Shown: in pieces, positions 37,899 to 48,100 of the stretch
Layout of the letters: every line of letters begins with the position of its first letter
Numbering within the stretch: the first letter of the stretch is position 1
Origin: Planctomycetota bacterium
Lineage (GTDB): Bacteria; Planctomycetota; PLA2; JAEUHO01
NCBI GenBank assembly: GCA_965223505.1
Contig: CBDCWP010000044.1
Span: forward strand, 64,001-128,000
Reading direction: 5' to 3'
Length of the DNA: 64,000 nucleotides
Translations under genes and position numbers: made by a program
The notes under the pieces: model-generated
What the model was told of the DNA's origin: nothing
The model's database searches: none
What the model saw: the letters and a program-made list of their open reading frames with translations, nothing else

Positions 37899-39100
37899 TG
37901 AGACGTCGGCGCCCCCAGCGGGGCTCTTCGTTCATCGAACTGCTGATGGTCATGGGCGGCATGGCGATCCTGATGGGATTGGCCGTGGGGTTCTTGAGCA
38001 ACATCGGCGGCGCCACGCACCTGGCGCAGGCGAAGGCGCTCATGGTCGAGGCGGCCTACGAGTGCATCGGCAAGAGCAGCGGCGGCGGACGGGCCACGTT
38101 CACGTTGCGCGAGTCGCCCGACGAGGGTCTGCAGCTGCGCGCGATCACGGCATCGCCGGTGCTCACGCACCAGTTCGAGGACCTGCAGTTCGCCAGCGGC
38201 GCGCGCGAGCCGCAGGTGCTCGGCAACGTCGAGTCCGTGCGGGGCGGGCGGACCGGCAAGGCGGCCAAGTTCTCGAGCGGCGGCTATCTCGAATTCGGCG
38301 CCGAGTCGGGCTTCGCGATGACCGAGGGCCTCGAGCTGGAGGCGTGGATCAAGCCCGCCGCCGGCCCGCAGCGGATGTACATCATCCGGGCCGCTTCGCA
38401 TGACGAGGACGTCTACGCCGTCACCCTCGAGCAAGAGGGCCAGGGCAGCGTCTACAAGCTGCAGCTGCAGCTCAAGCTGCGCGGCGCGGAGGAGAGCGAG
38501 CGCACGCCCGGTCTGGTGAAGACGATCCGCACCGAGGGCGCGCCGGTCGTCGCGGACGGCAGCTGGCAGCACATCTCCGTGCGCTTCGACGGCGTCGCCG
38601 CGTCGTTCCGCGTCAACGGCATCGACGTGCCATCCGACGACACCAAGACGAAGCGGCGGGACACCGCGACGGCCGACGTCGCCGAGATGTCCCGCATCGT
38701 GATTCCGGAGTCCGGGGTCCTCAAGCTGACGATCTCCGCGCCGAGCAGCTCGTTCAAGGGCCTCATCGACGGGCTGCAGCTGCGGGGCGTCTTCCGCATC
38801 GTCGAGCAGGAGCTGCCGGGCCGACTGACCGTCATCGCGCCGAAGCTGCCGATCTTCGTCGAGTATGCGAACGGCCGTCTCGACCCCGCGTATCACACGG
38901 ACGCCGTGACGATCCGCTTTCGCGACGAGGCGAACCCCGGCGGCGTCCCGCTGCGCTTGACGTTGGACACGTACGACGTCGAAGCCAAGTTCACCCGGCG
39001 CACGTCCGACGCCGTGCGGCGCTCGTCCGGCGGCGCCGACGACGAGCCCGATCCGGGATCGACGCTCGACCGGCTGAAGAAGAACCAGGGAGGCGGCTAG
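37898..39100 (+). CDS. Minor prepilin (GspH/FimU-like) with LamG-like domain
   Basis: QRG/SSFIELLMVMGGMAILMGL; LEAWIKP...WQHISVRFDG...FRVNG...FKGLID (LamG pattern). Confidence 0.8.
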   Translation: MRRRRPQRGSSFIELLMVMGGMAILMGLAVGFLSNIGGATHLAQAKALMVEAAYECIGKSSGGGRATFTLRESPDEGLQLRAITASPVLTHQFEDLQFASGAREPQVLGNVESVRGGRTGKAAKFSSGGYLEFGAESGFAMTEGLELEAWIKPAAGPQRMYIIRAASHDEDVYAVTLEQEGQGSVYKLQLQLKLRGAEESERTPGLVKTIRTEGAPVVADGSWQHISVRFDGVAASFRVNGIDVPSDDTKTKRRDTATADVAEMSRIVIPESGVLKLTISAPSSSFKGLIDGLQLRGVFRIVEQELPGRLTVIAPKLPIFVEYANGRLDPAYHTDAVTIRFRDEANPGGVPLRLTLDTYDVEAKFTRRTSDAVRRSSGGADDEPDPGSTLDRLKKNQGGG

Positions 39101-39102
39101 CG

Positions 39103-40365
39103 ATGCGCGCTTCCACCCAACGCAGCGAACGCGGCTTCACGATGCTCGAGCTGATCATCGCGATGGCCATCTTCACGTTGCTCGGAACGATGGTCATCAT
39201 GATGATGCGCCAGAGTCTCGACATCTTCTATCAAGGCATCAAAGAGGACGCGCTGTTCAACCGCATGGACACGGCGCTTCCGGTGGTCGCGGAAGACATC
39301 GAGTCGATCTACATCGGCGACGAGTTCGACCCGCCGCCGCCGCCGCTGACCGAAGAGCAGCGCCTCGAGCTCGACCGCATGGGGCAGAAAGAGCGGCCGC
39401 GGGGCAAGCCGTCGGTCGTGCGCATGCGCTCGGGCACGATCATCCTCCAGCAGCAGCCGGAGGGACCGCTCAAGGACTATCCGATGCGTTGGTTCGCGCT
39501 CATCGCGGATCGCACCGGGAGGGTCGATCCGATCCTCGTCAAGGCCGGCAACTACGCCGGGCCCGAGGCCGTCGACTACACGCCGAAGACCGCCAAGGCC
39601 TACCAGCTCGACCGCAGCATCCGCTTCAAGGCCACGGGCGGGTTGATGGAGGTTTGCTACATCGCGGTGCCGGACGAGCGGTTCCCCGAGCTGCTCAGCC
39701 TGTACCGCGGCTACCGCGCGCCGATCGGCGACCCGAAGCACAGCCTGCTGATTCCCGAGAACCTCGACACGATCGAGGAGATCAAGGAACGCTGCACGCT
39801 CGTCGCCAGGGGCCTCCTCTACTTCAACGTCACGTGGCGACGGATCCACGCGACCTCGTGGGAGGAAGACGCCACCGCCGTGGGACAGGACGCGCCGTAC
39901 GTGGGATCGATCTGGGATTCGACGCGCGCGATCGACAAGACGTTTCCCTTGTACGCCGGCGCCGACAGCCTCGTCGACCCCAGCGACGACGTGTTTCCCG
40001 GGTTCGTTCGGCTGCAGCTGTCGTTGAGCCCCGGGGGCAACGCGGGCTACGGCAAGGGCGAGCTCACGCTGGAGAGCGGGATCGGCCCCGACGACACGGA
40101 GCTCTCGGTCTCGGACCCGCAAAAGCTGCTGCAGGGACGCGGCAACGAGCGCTACCTGAAGATCGGCACCGAGTGGATGAGCTACGGCCCGCGTGACGTC
40201 AACACCCAGAAGAAGACGGTGCGTGTCGATCGGGGCGCGCGCGGGACCACCAAGCAGTCGCACGACGCCGGTTGGATCCACGTCGGCATGGACGCCGCGC
40301 AAGAGATCAAGATGCCCGTGTACCGCGACAGCTACACGGTCGGCGTCGGGGAGAAGGGACCGTGA
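39103..40365 (+). CDS. Minor prepilin (GspJ/PilW-like)
   Basis: ERG/FTMLELIIAMAIFTLLG. Confidence 0.85.
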   Translation: MRASTQRSERGFTMLELIIAMAIFTLLGTMVIMMMRQSLDIFYQGIKEDALFNRMDTALPVVAEDIESIYIGDEFDPPPPPLTEEQRLELDRMGQKERPRGKPSVVRMRSGTIILQQQPEGPLKDYPMRWFALIADRTGRVDPILVKAGNYAGPEAVDYTPKTAKAYQLDRSIRFKATGGLMEVCYIAVPDERFPELLSLYRGYRAPIGDPKHSLLIPENLDTIEEIKERCTLVARGLLYFNVTWRRIHATSWEEDATAVGQDAPYVGSIWDSTRAIDKTFPLYAGADSLVDPSDDVFPGFVRLQLSLSPGGNAGYGKGELTLESGIGPDDTELSVSDPQKLLQGRGNERYLKIGTEWMSYGPRDVNTQKKTVRVDRGARGTTKQSHDAGWIHVGMDAAQEIKMPVYRDSYTVGVGEKGP

Positions 40366-40784
40366 TGCGGCAGCCGCCTCCCACCCACGCGCAACGCGGA
40401 TTCTCGTTTCTCGAGGTGTTGATCGCGATGTCGATCCTCATCGTGGGAAGCGTTTCGATCTTGTCGCTCTTCGTCATCGGCGTTCACAACCAGGTGGAGC
40501 GCCGGATCGAGAAGCGACTCGAGGAGGTGCGTCCGGAGGTCATGACGATCGTCCAGGAAGCGGTCGACACGCTCGCCTCCGACGCCAAGCTCACCGAAAA
40601 CACCGTGAAGGGCCGTCCGCTGTCGAAGCGCGGCTACACGGTGGACGTTCGTTGGACGCCGAATCCGTTCGGCGGCCCGGGATGGTTCGCCCACGCGGTC
40701 ATCCTCTTCCGTGACGAGCCGGTCGCGACGCTGAAACCGATCCCGGTGACGCGTTCGACGCTCAATCCGAACAAGCCGAAGTGA
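40365..40784 (+). CDS. Minor prepilin (GspI/PilV-like)
   Basis: QRG/FSFLEVLIAMSILIVG; short protein. Confidence 0.85.
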   Translation: MRQPPPTHAQRGFSFLEVLIAMSILIVGSVSILSLFVIGVHNQVERRIEKRLEEVRPEVMTIVQEAVDTLASDAKLTENTVKGRPLSKRGYTVDVRWTPNPFGGPGWFAHAVILFRDEPVATLKPIPVTRSTLNPNKPK

Positions 40785-40816
40785 AAGAGACGAACCCGCG
40801 GAGAATGGAGTTCGAT

Positions 40817-42313
40817 ATGCGCGCGACAAACAAGACCTGGGCACGGCCGCTGACCGTGTGTGCGTTCGCATTGGTGTTTTCCCTCGTCATGCAGCCGCTG
40901 CTCGCTCCTCCCGCGGCGGCCGACGTGGTGCACCTGCGAACGGGCGAGGCCATCAAGGGCCGCGCGATCCAGGAGGACAGCGACGAGCAGAAGTTGATCA
41001 TCATCGACTACAAGACCGGTGCGCGCCGCAGTCTCTCGTGGCAAGCGGTCGATCCCGCCGACAGGGACCGCATCCAGGACGAGTGGGGCTGGAAGAACAA
41101 GTCGCAGCGCACGATCTCCGGCCATCGCGTGACGCAGAAGTTCTCCAACGGCTCGACCGACGATCTGCTCGGTCTGGTCGAGAGCGGCTGGAAGGACGGA
41201 TCGTTCACGGGCGGGCCGGTCAAGCTCCGCCGTCGCGGGCAGGTGCTCGACATTCCCGTCGATCAGATCGTCGAGGTGACCGACGAGGAGATGGATCCGC
41301 GCGACATCTGGACGCCGGAACAGCTCTACGACCAGTTCCTCGACGAACTGCGCGCCGATTCCAAGGTGAACGTCGACGACATGGACTCGCGCACGCACTT
41401 CCGCGCGGCGCAGTACGCCGAGTGGGCGGAGGCGCTGGAGATCGCGCTCAAGCACTACCAGACGTGCGCGGCCGACCCGGACTTCCTCCAGGCGGGCGTT
41501 GCGAAGGACCGTGCTGCGCGCGTCGAGAGTCTGCTGCGCGACCAGGAAGCACTCGCGACGATTCGCGACATCAAGATGCGGCTTGCGATGAACAACTTCC
41601 GCAAGTGCAAAGAGCTGCTCGACACCTTCGGGGAGGTCCACGCGGACGCCAGCGAGGCGGTCATGTCGCGTGTCGAGCGCTTGCGCAACGAGTTCACGAA
41701 GAAGCGCACCGAGTACTTCCAACAGGAGGCGAAGCGCGCCTTCGTCAAGATCTGCGAGAAGATGATCGAGAAGAAGGTGAAGGAGAAGGACATCGGCCTG
41801 ACCGACGCCACGGCGTGGACGCGCAAGCAGCTGCCCGAAGACGCGTTCAAGGCATTGGCCGAGCGCATGGGCAAGCGCGACGACGTGACCCCCGAAGAGG
41901 CGCAGACCTTCTGGGACGGACGCAAGAAGCGCCAGTGGACGAACCGCAGCTACGGCGCGGGGACGTTCATCGTGAAGCCGCCGCAGATCAAGCCGCCGTC
42001 GAGCAAGCCGCGCGGGGGCGGGGGCAACCGTCAAGGCGGGGGTGGAGCGGCGCCGCGCATCAAGATTCCGAAGCCGCCGACACGTGATCAGTGGTGGGCG
42101 AAGGCGAAGTCGAAGGAACGCGCCTCCTGGGTGATGGCGTACTTCGCGCAGAACTCCGGCCTGTTCGAGGTCGGCGATCCCAAGTTCTCGCCCTGCAAGC
42201 TGTGCCACGGCGCGGGGCTGCTGCACAAGCAGATGCAGACGGGGGCGACGCTCTCGTACCTCTGCATCCGCTGCGGCGGCGCGCAGCAGGACATGAAGGT
42301 GCACTTCAGATAG
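40817..42313 (+). CDS. Exported hypothetical protein with C-terminal CxxCxGxG...CxxCxG Zn-finger
   Basis: Signal peptide ending AAA/DVVHLRTG; C-terminal CKLCHGAG...CIRCGG. Start could be 40781, 40805 or 40817. Confidence 0.75.
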   Translation: MRATNKTWARPLTVCAFALVFSLVMQPLLAPPAAADVVHLRTGEAIKGRAIQEDSDEQKLIIIDYKTGARRSLSWQAVDPADRDRIQDEWGWKNKSQRTISGHRVTQKFSNGSTDDLLGLVESGWKDGSFTGGPVKLRRRGQVLDIPVDQIVEVTDEEMDPRDIWTPEQLYDQFLDELRADSKVNVDDMDSRTHFRAAQYAEWAEALEIALKHYQTCAADPDFLQAGVAKDRAARVESLLRDQEALATIRDIKMRLAMNNFRKCKELLDTFGEVHADASEAVMSRVERLRNEFTKKRTEYFQQEAKRAFVKICEKMIEKKVKEKDIGLTDATAWTRKQLPEDAFKALAERMGKRDDVTPEEAQTFWDGRKKRQWTNRSYGAGTFIVKPPQIKPPSSKPRGGGGNRQGGGGAAPRIKIPKPPTRDQWWAKAKSKERASWVMAYFAQNSGLFEVGDPKFSPCKLCHGAGLLHKQMQTGATLSYLCIRCGGAQQDMKVHFR

Positions 42314-42397
42314 GCCGGGAGCGCCGTCTCTGCCCGACCCGAGCCCTCCACGTCGGGTTTTGAAGACCTGCCGGTGCGTGCTGGCTACACTGGAGGG

Positions 42398-43090
42398 ATG
42401 ATGCCTCGACTCGGTACGCTGTGCGCCTTGCTTGCCGTTCTCTTGCTTTGCACCAGCGTCGCGTTCGCGCGCGGCGGCCGTGGCCCGGGCGGCAACAACA
42501 ACCCGAACCCGGCAAAGGGGGAAGAGGGCGCCGACCCGAACGATCCGAACGCGAAGCCCAAGCCCGAGCCGTTGCCGGAGAGCACGGTGCAACGGCTGCG
42601 GGGCCGCTTGGCGAAGCTGGGTGAGCGGCTGCTGGAGCTGAAGCAGCTCGCGGACAGCGATCCGCGCGAGATGGAGATCCGCAAGTACCGCGAGTTCAAG
42701 CTCGCCGCGTTCAAAGACAAGAAGCGCAGTCCGAAGGCGGAAGATCTGATCGCCTGGATGTTCGAGCCGGACAAGAAGACGAAGAAGTTGGCGCCGTTCA
42801 CGTTGCGCGAGGCGGCACTGAAGGCGTTGGTCGACCAGAAGATGCGCGATCCGGATCTTTCGTCGTCGGACTCGGGCTCGCGCGGCAGTCCGCGGGCCAA
42901 GCTGTGCAAGGACGAGGTCGTGAAGCACCTGAAGGACGACGACCCGACGACGCGCGAGCTGGCGAACCAGCTGTTGAACCAGCTTTGGACGCGCCCGCCG
43001 GAGCCGGCGATCATCAACTACGATGCCCGCGTCGAGGAGACGTGGAAGCCGGCCATCAGGGCCTGGAACAAGCACCTCAAGAAGAAGTAG
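42398..43090 (+). CDS. Exported helical (HEAT-like) hypothetical protein
   Basis: Signal peptide (AFA/R); VVKHLKDDDPTTRELANQLL HEAT-like motif. Confidence 0.7.
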   Translation: MMPRLGTLCALLAVLLLCTSVAFARGGRGPGGNNNPNPAKGEEGADPNDPNAKPKPEPLPESTVQRLRGRLAKLGERLLELKQLADSDPREMEIRKYREFKLAAFKDKKRSPKAEDLIAWMFEPDKKTKKLAPFTLREAALKALVDQKMRDPDLSSSDSGSRGSPRAKLCKDEVVKHLKDDDPTTRELANQLLNQLWTRPPEPAIINYDARVEETWKPAIRAWNKHLKKK

Positions 43091-43112
43091 GGGCGGGGGC
43101 GAGGCCCCGCCC
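43087..43112. repeat. GTAG REP-like hairpin overlapping the stop codon
   Basis: GTAGGGGCGGGGGCGAGGCCCCGCCC; matches 17362-17385. Confidence 0.6.
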
Positions 43113-43245
43113 GCCCGTTTGGACACCTCGGTTGTGCGTCGCATACGGTGATCGATCGCCGTCGATTGCGTCCATGGCGAGCATCTTCGGCATCGCGAGG
43201 GCATCGGGCACGGCTTCGACACCGGGTTGTCGGTACGCTGAGCCC

Positions 43246-44157
43246 ATGTCCCAGCATGCTTGGTTCGTCGTTCTGCTCCTGCTCTTCCTTCTGGTGCCGT
43301 CGTCGGCGACCGCCGAGCCCAGCCGACACGTCGCCACCCTCGACGGCCGCGGCCTGTCCAAAGACCGGCTGATCCAATACTGGTTCGATCGCTATCCGGC
43401 CGAGTACGGCCGCACGCTCACCGAGCTCATCGAAGCCTACGTCGTAGCGGACGGCGCCCGCGCCGCGGGACTCGACGTGCCCCGGGCCACACTGGACAAG
43501 GCCGTCGACGACGAGGTCGCCGCGCGCCGCAAGTGGCAACGCGAGCTCTACGGCGACGGCGCCGACCTCGCCGCCTGGGTGCGCAACGGGTACGGCATGT
43601 CGATCGACGCCTGGCAGCGCACCATCCTCCGGCCGCGTCTGCGCGCGCGCATGCTGAAGCAGCGCGTCATTCGGGCCGACACACGCCGGGAGCTGCTGGT
43701 CTACGCGCGCATCATCATCGTCGCCGACGAGACGCGTGCGCGCCGGATCGCCGCCAAGCTGCGCAACGGCGCCGACTTCAGCCTCACGGCGCTCAAGCAG
43801 AGCGAGCACGAGACGAAGAAGGCCGGCGGCACCCTGCCGCCGATCGCCCGCGGCGACATGGCGCGCTTCCCCGTCATCGAGCGACGGCTCTTCGAGGCCC
43901 GACCGGGGCAGCTGATCGGTCCCTTGCGCGTGCAGATCGACGGCGCACCGCAGTGGCAGATCTACAAGCTCATTCGTCGCAGCGAGCCATGGCACGACAC
44001 CGGTCCCGCGCTGCGCGCTCGCATCGAAACGGACCTCGCCGACCTGCCCGTCACGCGCGGCGAGCTGGAACGCTGGCAGGCGCGGATCCGCCGCAAGCAT
44101 CGCATCGAGCTGTTCGCGCCGAACGGTCGTCCTTGGTCCCCGCCCAGCGGCGGGTAG
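43246..44157 (+). CDS. SurA/PrsA-like parvulin (PpiC-type) PPIase/foldase
   Basis: Signal peptide; ARIIIV...KLRNGADFSLTALKQSEH...GGTLP...F...PGQLIGPL. Confidence 0.8.
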   Translation: MSQHAWFVVLLLLFLLVPSSATAEPSRHVATLDGRGLSKDRLIQYWFDRYPAEYGRTLTELIEAYVVADGARAAGLDVPRATLDKAVDDEVAARRKWQRELYGDGADLAAWVRNGYGMSIDAWQRTILRPRLRARMLKQRVIRADTRRELLVYARIIIVADETRARRIAAKLRNGADFSLTALKQSEHETKKAGGTLPPIARGDMARFPVIERRLFEARPGQLIGPLRVQIDGAPQWQIYKLIRRSEPWHDTGPALRARIETDLADLPVTRGELERWQARIRRKHRIELFAPNGRPWSPPSGG

Positions 44158-44215
44158 CCCGCGCCGTGAGCGCGAGGCTCGCGCCGTGGGATCCCTCGTT
44201 TAGCCTTCAGGCCTC

Positions 44216-44887
44216 ATGCCCGAGTCGACGACGTCACCCGAGAACAGCACCGAGCCCGAGGCGCACCGCGACGAAGCGGCCGCGTCGCAGGACGCGACCC
44301 AATCGCAGCCGGCGGACGCGGAGCCGGCGAAGTCCGCCGACGAGGGGAAGAAGTGGAAGCCGCCGCCCCCGGCGCGGCTCGAGGGAGCGGTCGAAGCGCT
44401 GCTCCTGACGTCGGGCGACGTCGTGAAGTGGGAGCGGTTGCGGGATCTCCTCGGGCTGGATTCCCTCGTGCACGTCAAGGAGGCGGTCGGCCGCATCAAG
44501 AAACGCTGGGAGACAGCGAAGCTGGCGATGGAGCTCGAGGAGGTCGCAGGGGGCGTACGCGCCGTGACGCGGCCGGAGTTCGCGGAGTACGTCGACCGGC
44601 TCCGGCGCCGTCCCGCATCCGACAAGCTCAGCCGCAGTCTGCTCGAGACGCTCTCGATCGTCGCCTACAAGCAGCCGGTTCCCCGGGCGGAGGTGGAGCG
44701 GATTCGCGGTGTTCAGGGCGGCGACGCCCTGCGCGCGTTGTTGGAGCGGCGCCTGATCAAGGTGGCCGGCCGTAGCGATCAGCCCGGCCGCCCGCTGCTG
44801 TACGGAACGACGCAGCGCTTCCTGACGCTGTTCGGCCTGCGCAGCCTCAAGGACCTGCCGTCGGGCGGGGATCTCAAGCGTCTGTAG
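44216..44887 (+). CDS. scpB: SMC-Scp complex subunit ScpB
   Basis: VEALL, EVAGG, LETLSIVAYKQPVPRAEVERIRGV and PGRPLLYGTTQRFL..FGL.SL.DLP. Confidence 0.93.
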   Translation: MPESTTSPENSTEPEAHRDEAAASQDATQSQPADAEPAKSADEGKKWKPPPPARLEGAVEALLLTSGDVVKWERLRDLLGLDSLVHVKEAVGRIKKRWETAKLAMELEEVAGGVRAVTRPEFAEYVDRLRRRPASDKLSRSLLETLSIVAYKQPVPRAEVERIRGVQGGDALRALLERRLIKVAGRSDQPGRPLLYGTTQRFLTLFGLRSLKDLPSGGDLKRL

Positions 44888-45113
44888 CTTCCCCGGGACC
44901 CGCGGCCGCTCCCGTCCTCGAAGCCGGGACCCGGTCTCGGGATCGGCCGCGGGACCGGGTCGTCCTGCGGATTCGTACGGCCGGAACCGGGTGCCGGCGC
45001 CAGGAATCCCACCCGCCGACGCCCGTTACTAGACGGGCGCGCAATGTGGCCCCGCCCGGCGCCACCGGTACACTCGCACGCTTGCCATCCCAATTCCGCC
45101 CTCGGAGGCTGCC

Positions 45114-48100
45114 ATGGCCAAGATCGCCAAGGCGATGAAGAAATACGAGCGCAACTTCCTCATCGGCCTGGTCGTGCTCCTGCTCGCGACGTTCTCGATC
45201 GGAGGCGCCCAGACCTGCGCCGAGCAGCAGGGCGGCGTGAGCGACTACCAGCTCGGAGGCACCTTCAAGGTGTCGCCTTCGGAGCGCATGGAGATCTCCA
45301 ACGAGGAGTACGAGACCCGCTACCGCGAGTACCGCCGGCTCATGTCGGCGATCTACTCGCCCTCGCTCGCGTTCGGGATCCCCGGCCAGGACCGCGAAGA
45401 TCCCTTCAAATCGACGTGGGCGCACATCCTCGCCTACGAGGCCGCGAAGCACGCAGGGTACCGCGTCGGCGAGCAGCAGCTGCGCCGAGCGGTCAAGGAA
45501 GTCGTGAGCCGTCGCATGGGGATGGAGTACTCCGACGTCACCCACCAGCGCTTCCTGCAGCAGCGATTCCACGGAAGTCCCAGCGACTTCCAGGAGGCGT
45601 TGCGGCAGATCGTGTTGAAGGACTCGTTCGTCACGCCGCTGGTCGAGTCGGCGCGATACCAGACGACCTACGCCGACGCGTTCGAAGAGTGGAAGAACGA
45701 GCGCGAGCGGATCGACCTCCGCTATGTCGCGCTCGCGGCGGAACCGTTCGCCGACTCGGTGGAACGCGTCGAGCGGACGCGCGCGACGATCGAGAAGCAG
45801 GAGACCCGCCTGCGGCGCCTCTCGGCGGTCGCGGTCGAGGTTCGCCGATACGACAACCTGATCAAGAGCTACTTCGAGAAGAACGAGAAGTACCCCGCCG
45901 ACTTCGCGGAGCTCCTGACGGCGCAGGGACCCGGCCGGGCGACGAACACGCCGGTCGACGGTTGGGGCAACGATCTACGCTACACGCTCGAGAACGACAC
46001 TCCCGATCTTCGAAGCGCAGGTCCGGACGGCGCGTTCGACACCGCCGACGACGTCACGCCGCAGCTTCAAAAGCGGTTCGAGACCCTCAAGTCGTTGTTC
46101 AACCTCGCGGACGCGCTGCAGCGTTCGTTCAAGGCCACGGAAGCGTGGCCCGAGGGCACGGCAGCCTTGCTCGAGCCGCCGAAGCCCGGACAGCTCGCCA
46201 TCCTGAAGGCGCTGCCCAAGGACGGCTGGGATCGTGACATCGCCTACGCGCTGAAGGATGGCGTCCCGACGTTGACGGCGCTGGGGGAGGACGGCGAAGC
46301 CGGCGGCGAGGACGACATCACGGTCACCGCGGTCGAGGAGGGAGCGGCCGTCGTCTCGCCCGGCTCGTTCCTGGCCGCCCACGTGATCGCGGACACGAAC
46401 GACAGCTGGGAGCGGCCGATCCGCATGCGGCTGCGCTCTGCCGAACCGCTCTCGTTCAGGGTCTGGAGCGCGGGGCCCGACGGTGAGGACGAGAACGACG
46501 ACGACGTCGACCGCGGCAACGGCGCCGAGATCCGGAACTTCTTTTCGGCGCCGGCGGTGAAGGCCAAATTCCGTCTCGAGCCGCGGCGCATGATGGAGGC
46601 CCTCTACGTGCACCTGCCGCTGCTGAGCGACGAGGTGTTCGAGAAGCTCTGGGAGGCCTTCCCCCAGCACCGCCCCGACGACGAGGAGAAGCTCTACGCG
46701 TACTGGAGCGACTATCGCACTGGCGGAATCGTCTACAAGGCCGCCATGCCCGGCGATGCCGAGAACGGCCACGGCAGCGAGCTGATCCAGCGTCTGCGCG
46801 AGGAGGGCGAGCTTGCCGAAGATGCCGAGACGTACCTGGTCCCCAAGGGCGAGTTCCTCGCGGCGCCGCTGAAGCCGATCGAGCCCAAGGACGACGACGG
46901 GGAGGGCGAGGACGCCGGCGACGACGACGGCGGGGACGACGAACCCGGCAAGCAGGGAGGTGACGACGGCGACGACGGGGACGGCGAAGAAGACGACGAC
47001 GAAGAGCCGAATCCGGGCGACGGTGAGCCCCAGCCGGGCGACGAAGAGGCCAAGCCGGAGGAGAGCGCGGACGCGAAGCTGCGCAAGGAGTACACCGAGA
47101 ACGGCTGGCGCGAGATCGTCATCCGCGAAGAGTTCATGGAGCGCTTGCTCAACGATCTGCTCGTGCGCTGCGACAAGAGCGCCAAGGCGGTCGCCGAGTG
47201 GGAGCGTAAGAAGAACCAGCCGGGCGGCGTCGGCGTCCTGGCGCGCCCCGAAGAGGTGACGTTCGAGACGTTGCTTGCGGGCGAGCTCAGCGAGTTCCTC
47301 GTAGGCGCGGCCGAAGCGGACAAGGGGCTGCAGTCATTCCGCTACTGGAAGACGGACAAGCACCTCACGCGCGAGGAGGTCGAGGCGCATCCGCATCTCG
47401 GGCACCCGAACCTCTCCGTGATGATGTCGAGCCGGCGGGGCGAGGGCGAGTACTCGCCGGCCGCGATCCAACTGCACTCGCGCCGGACCAAGGCGCTGGT
47501 TCGCAATCTCGAGCATCTGCCCGCCGAGGACCCGCCGCTCGAGGACGTCTACGACGGCGTCTTCGAGGAGTACCTGAAGAAGAAGCGCCTCGACCGCGCG
47601 GTCGAAGAGCTGAAGAAGCTGCAGGAGTTGGTTGGTCAGAAGGAGTCGGAGGACGCCGACGGCGGGTGGGACGCCGCCCTCAAGGCGTGGGGCGATCGCA
47701 TCGCCGTTCCGTACGTCGTGGAGTCGACGGGCCTGTTCCTCGGTAGCTCGCCGCCCGATCCGATCGAGGTCGACGACGACGCCACCGACGAGGCCTCGAT
47801 GGCGACCAAGCGCCGCAACTACGTCTTGCGCACCGGCTACTCGACCGTACGTCCCTCCGCTTCGAAACAGGACACCGTCGAAGCGGCGCCGGGTACGTTC
47901 GGGCGCCGGATCCTCCAGGATCGCCCGACCGCCGAAGGCGGAACCGAGAGCGCGTTCCTGATTCGCGTGGCCGACCGCCGGTATCCGAGCAAGGCCGAGC
48001 TGTCGCCGGAGCGCTATGCGCGTTTCCTCGTGAACAAGATCTTCGGTGGGCCCGAAAACCGATCACCGCGGATCCGGTTGGGGGACATGACCGGCTCGTA

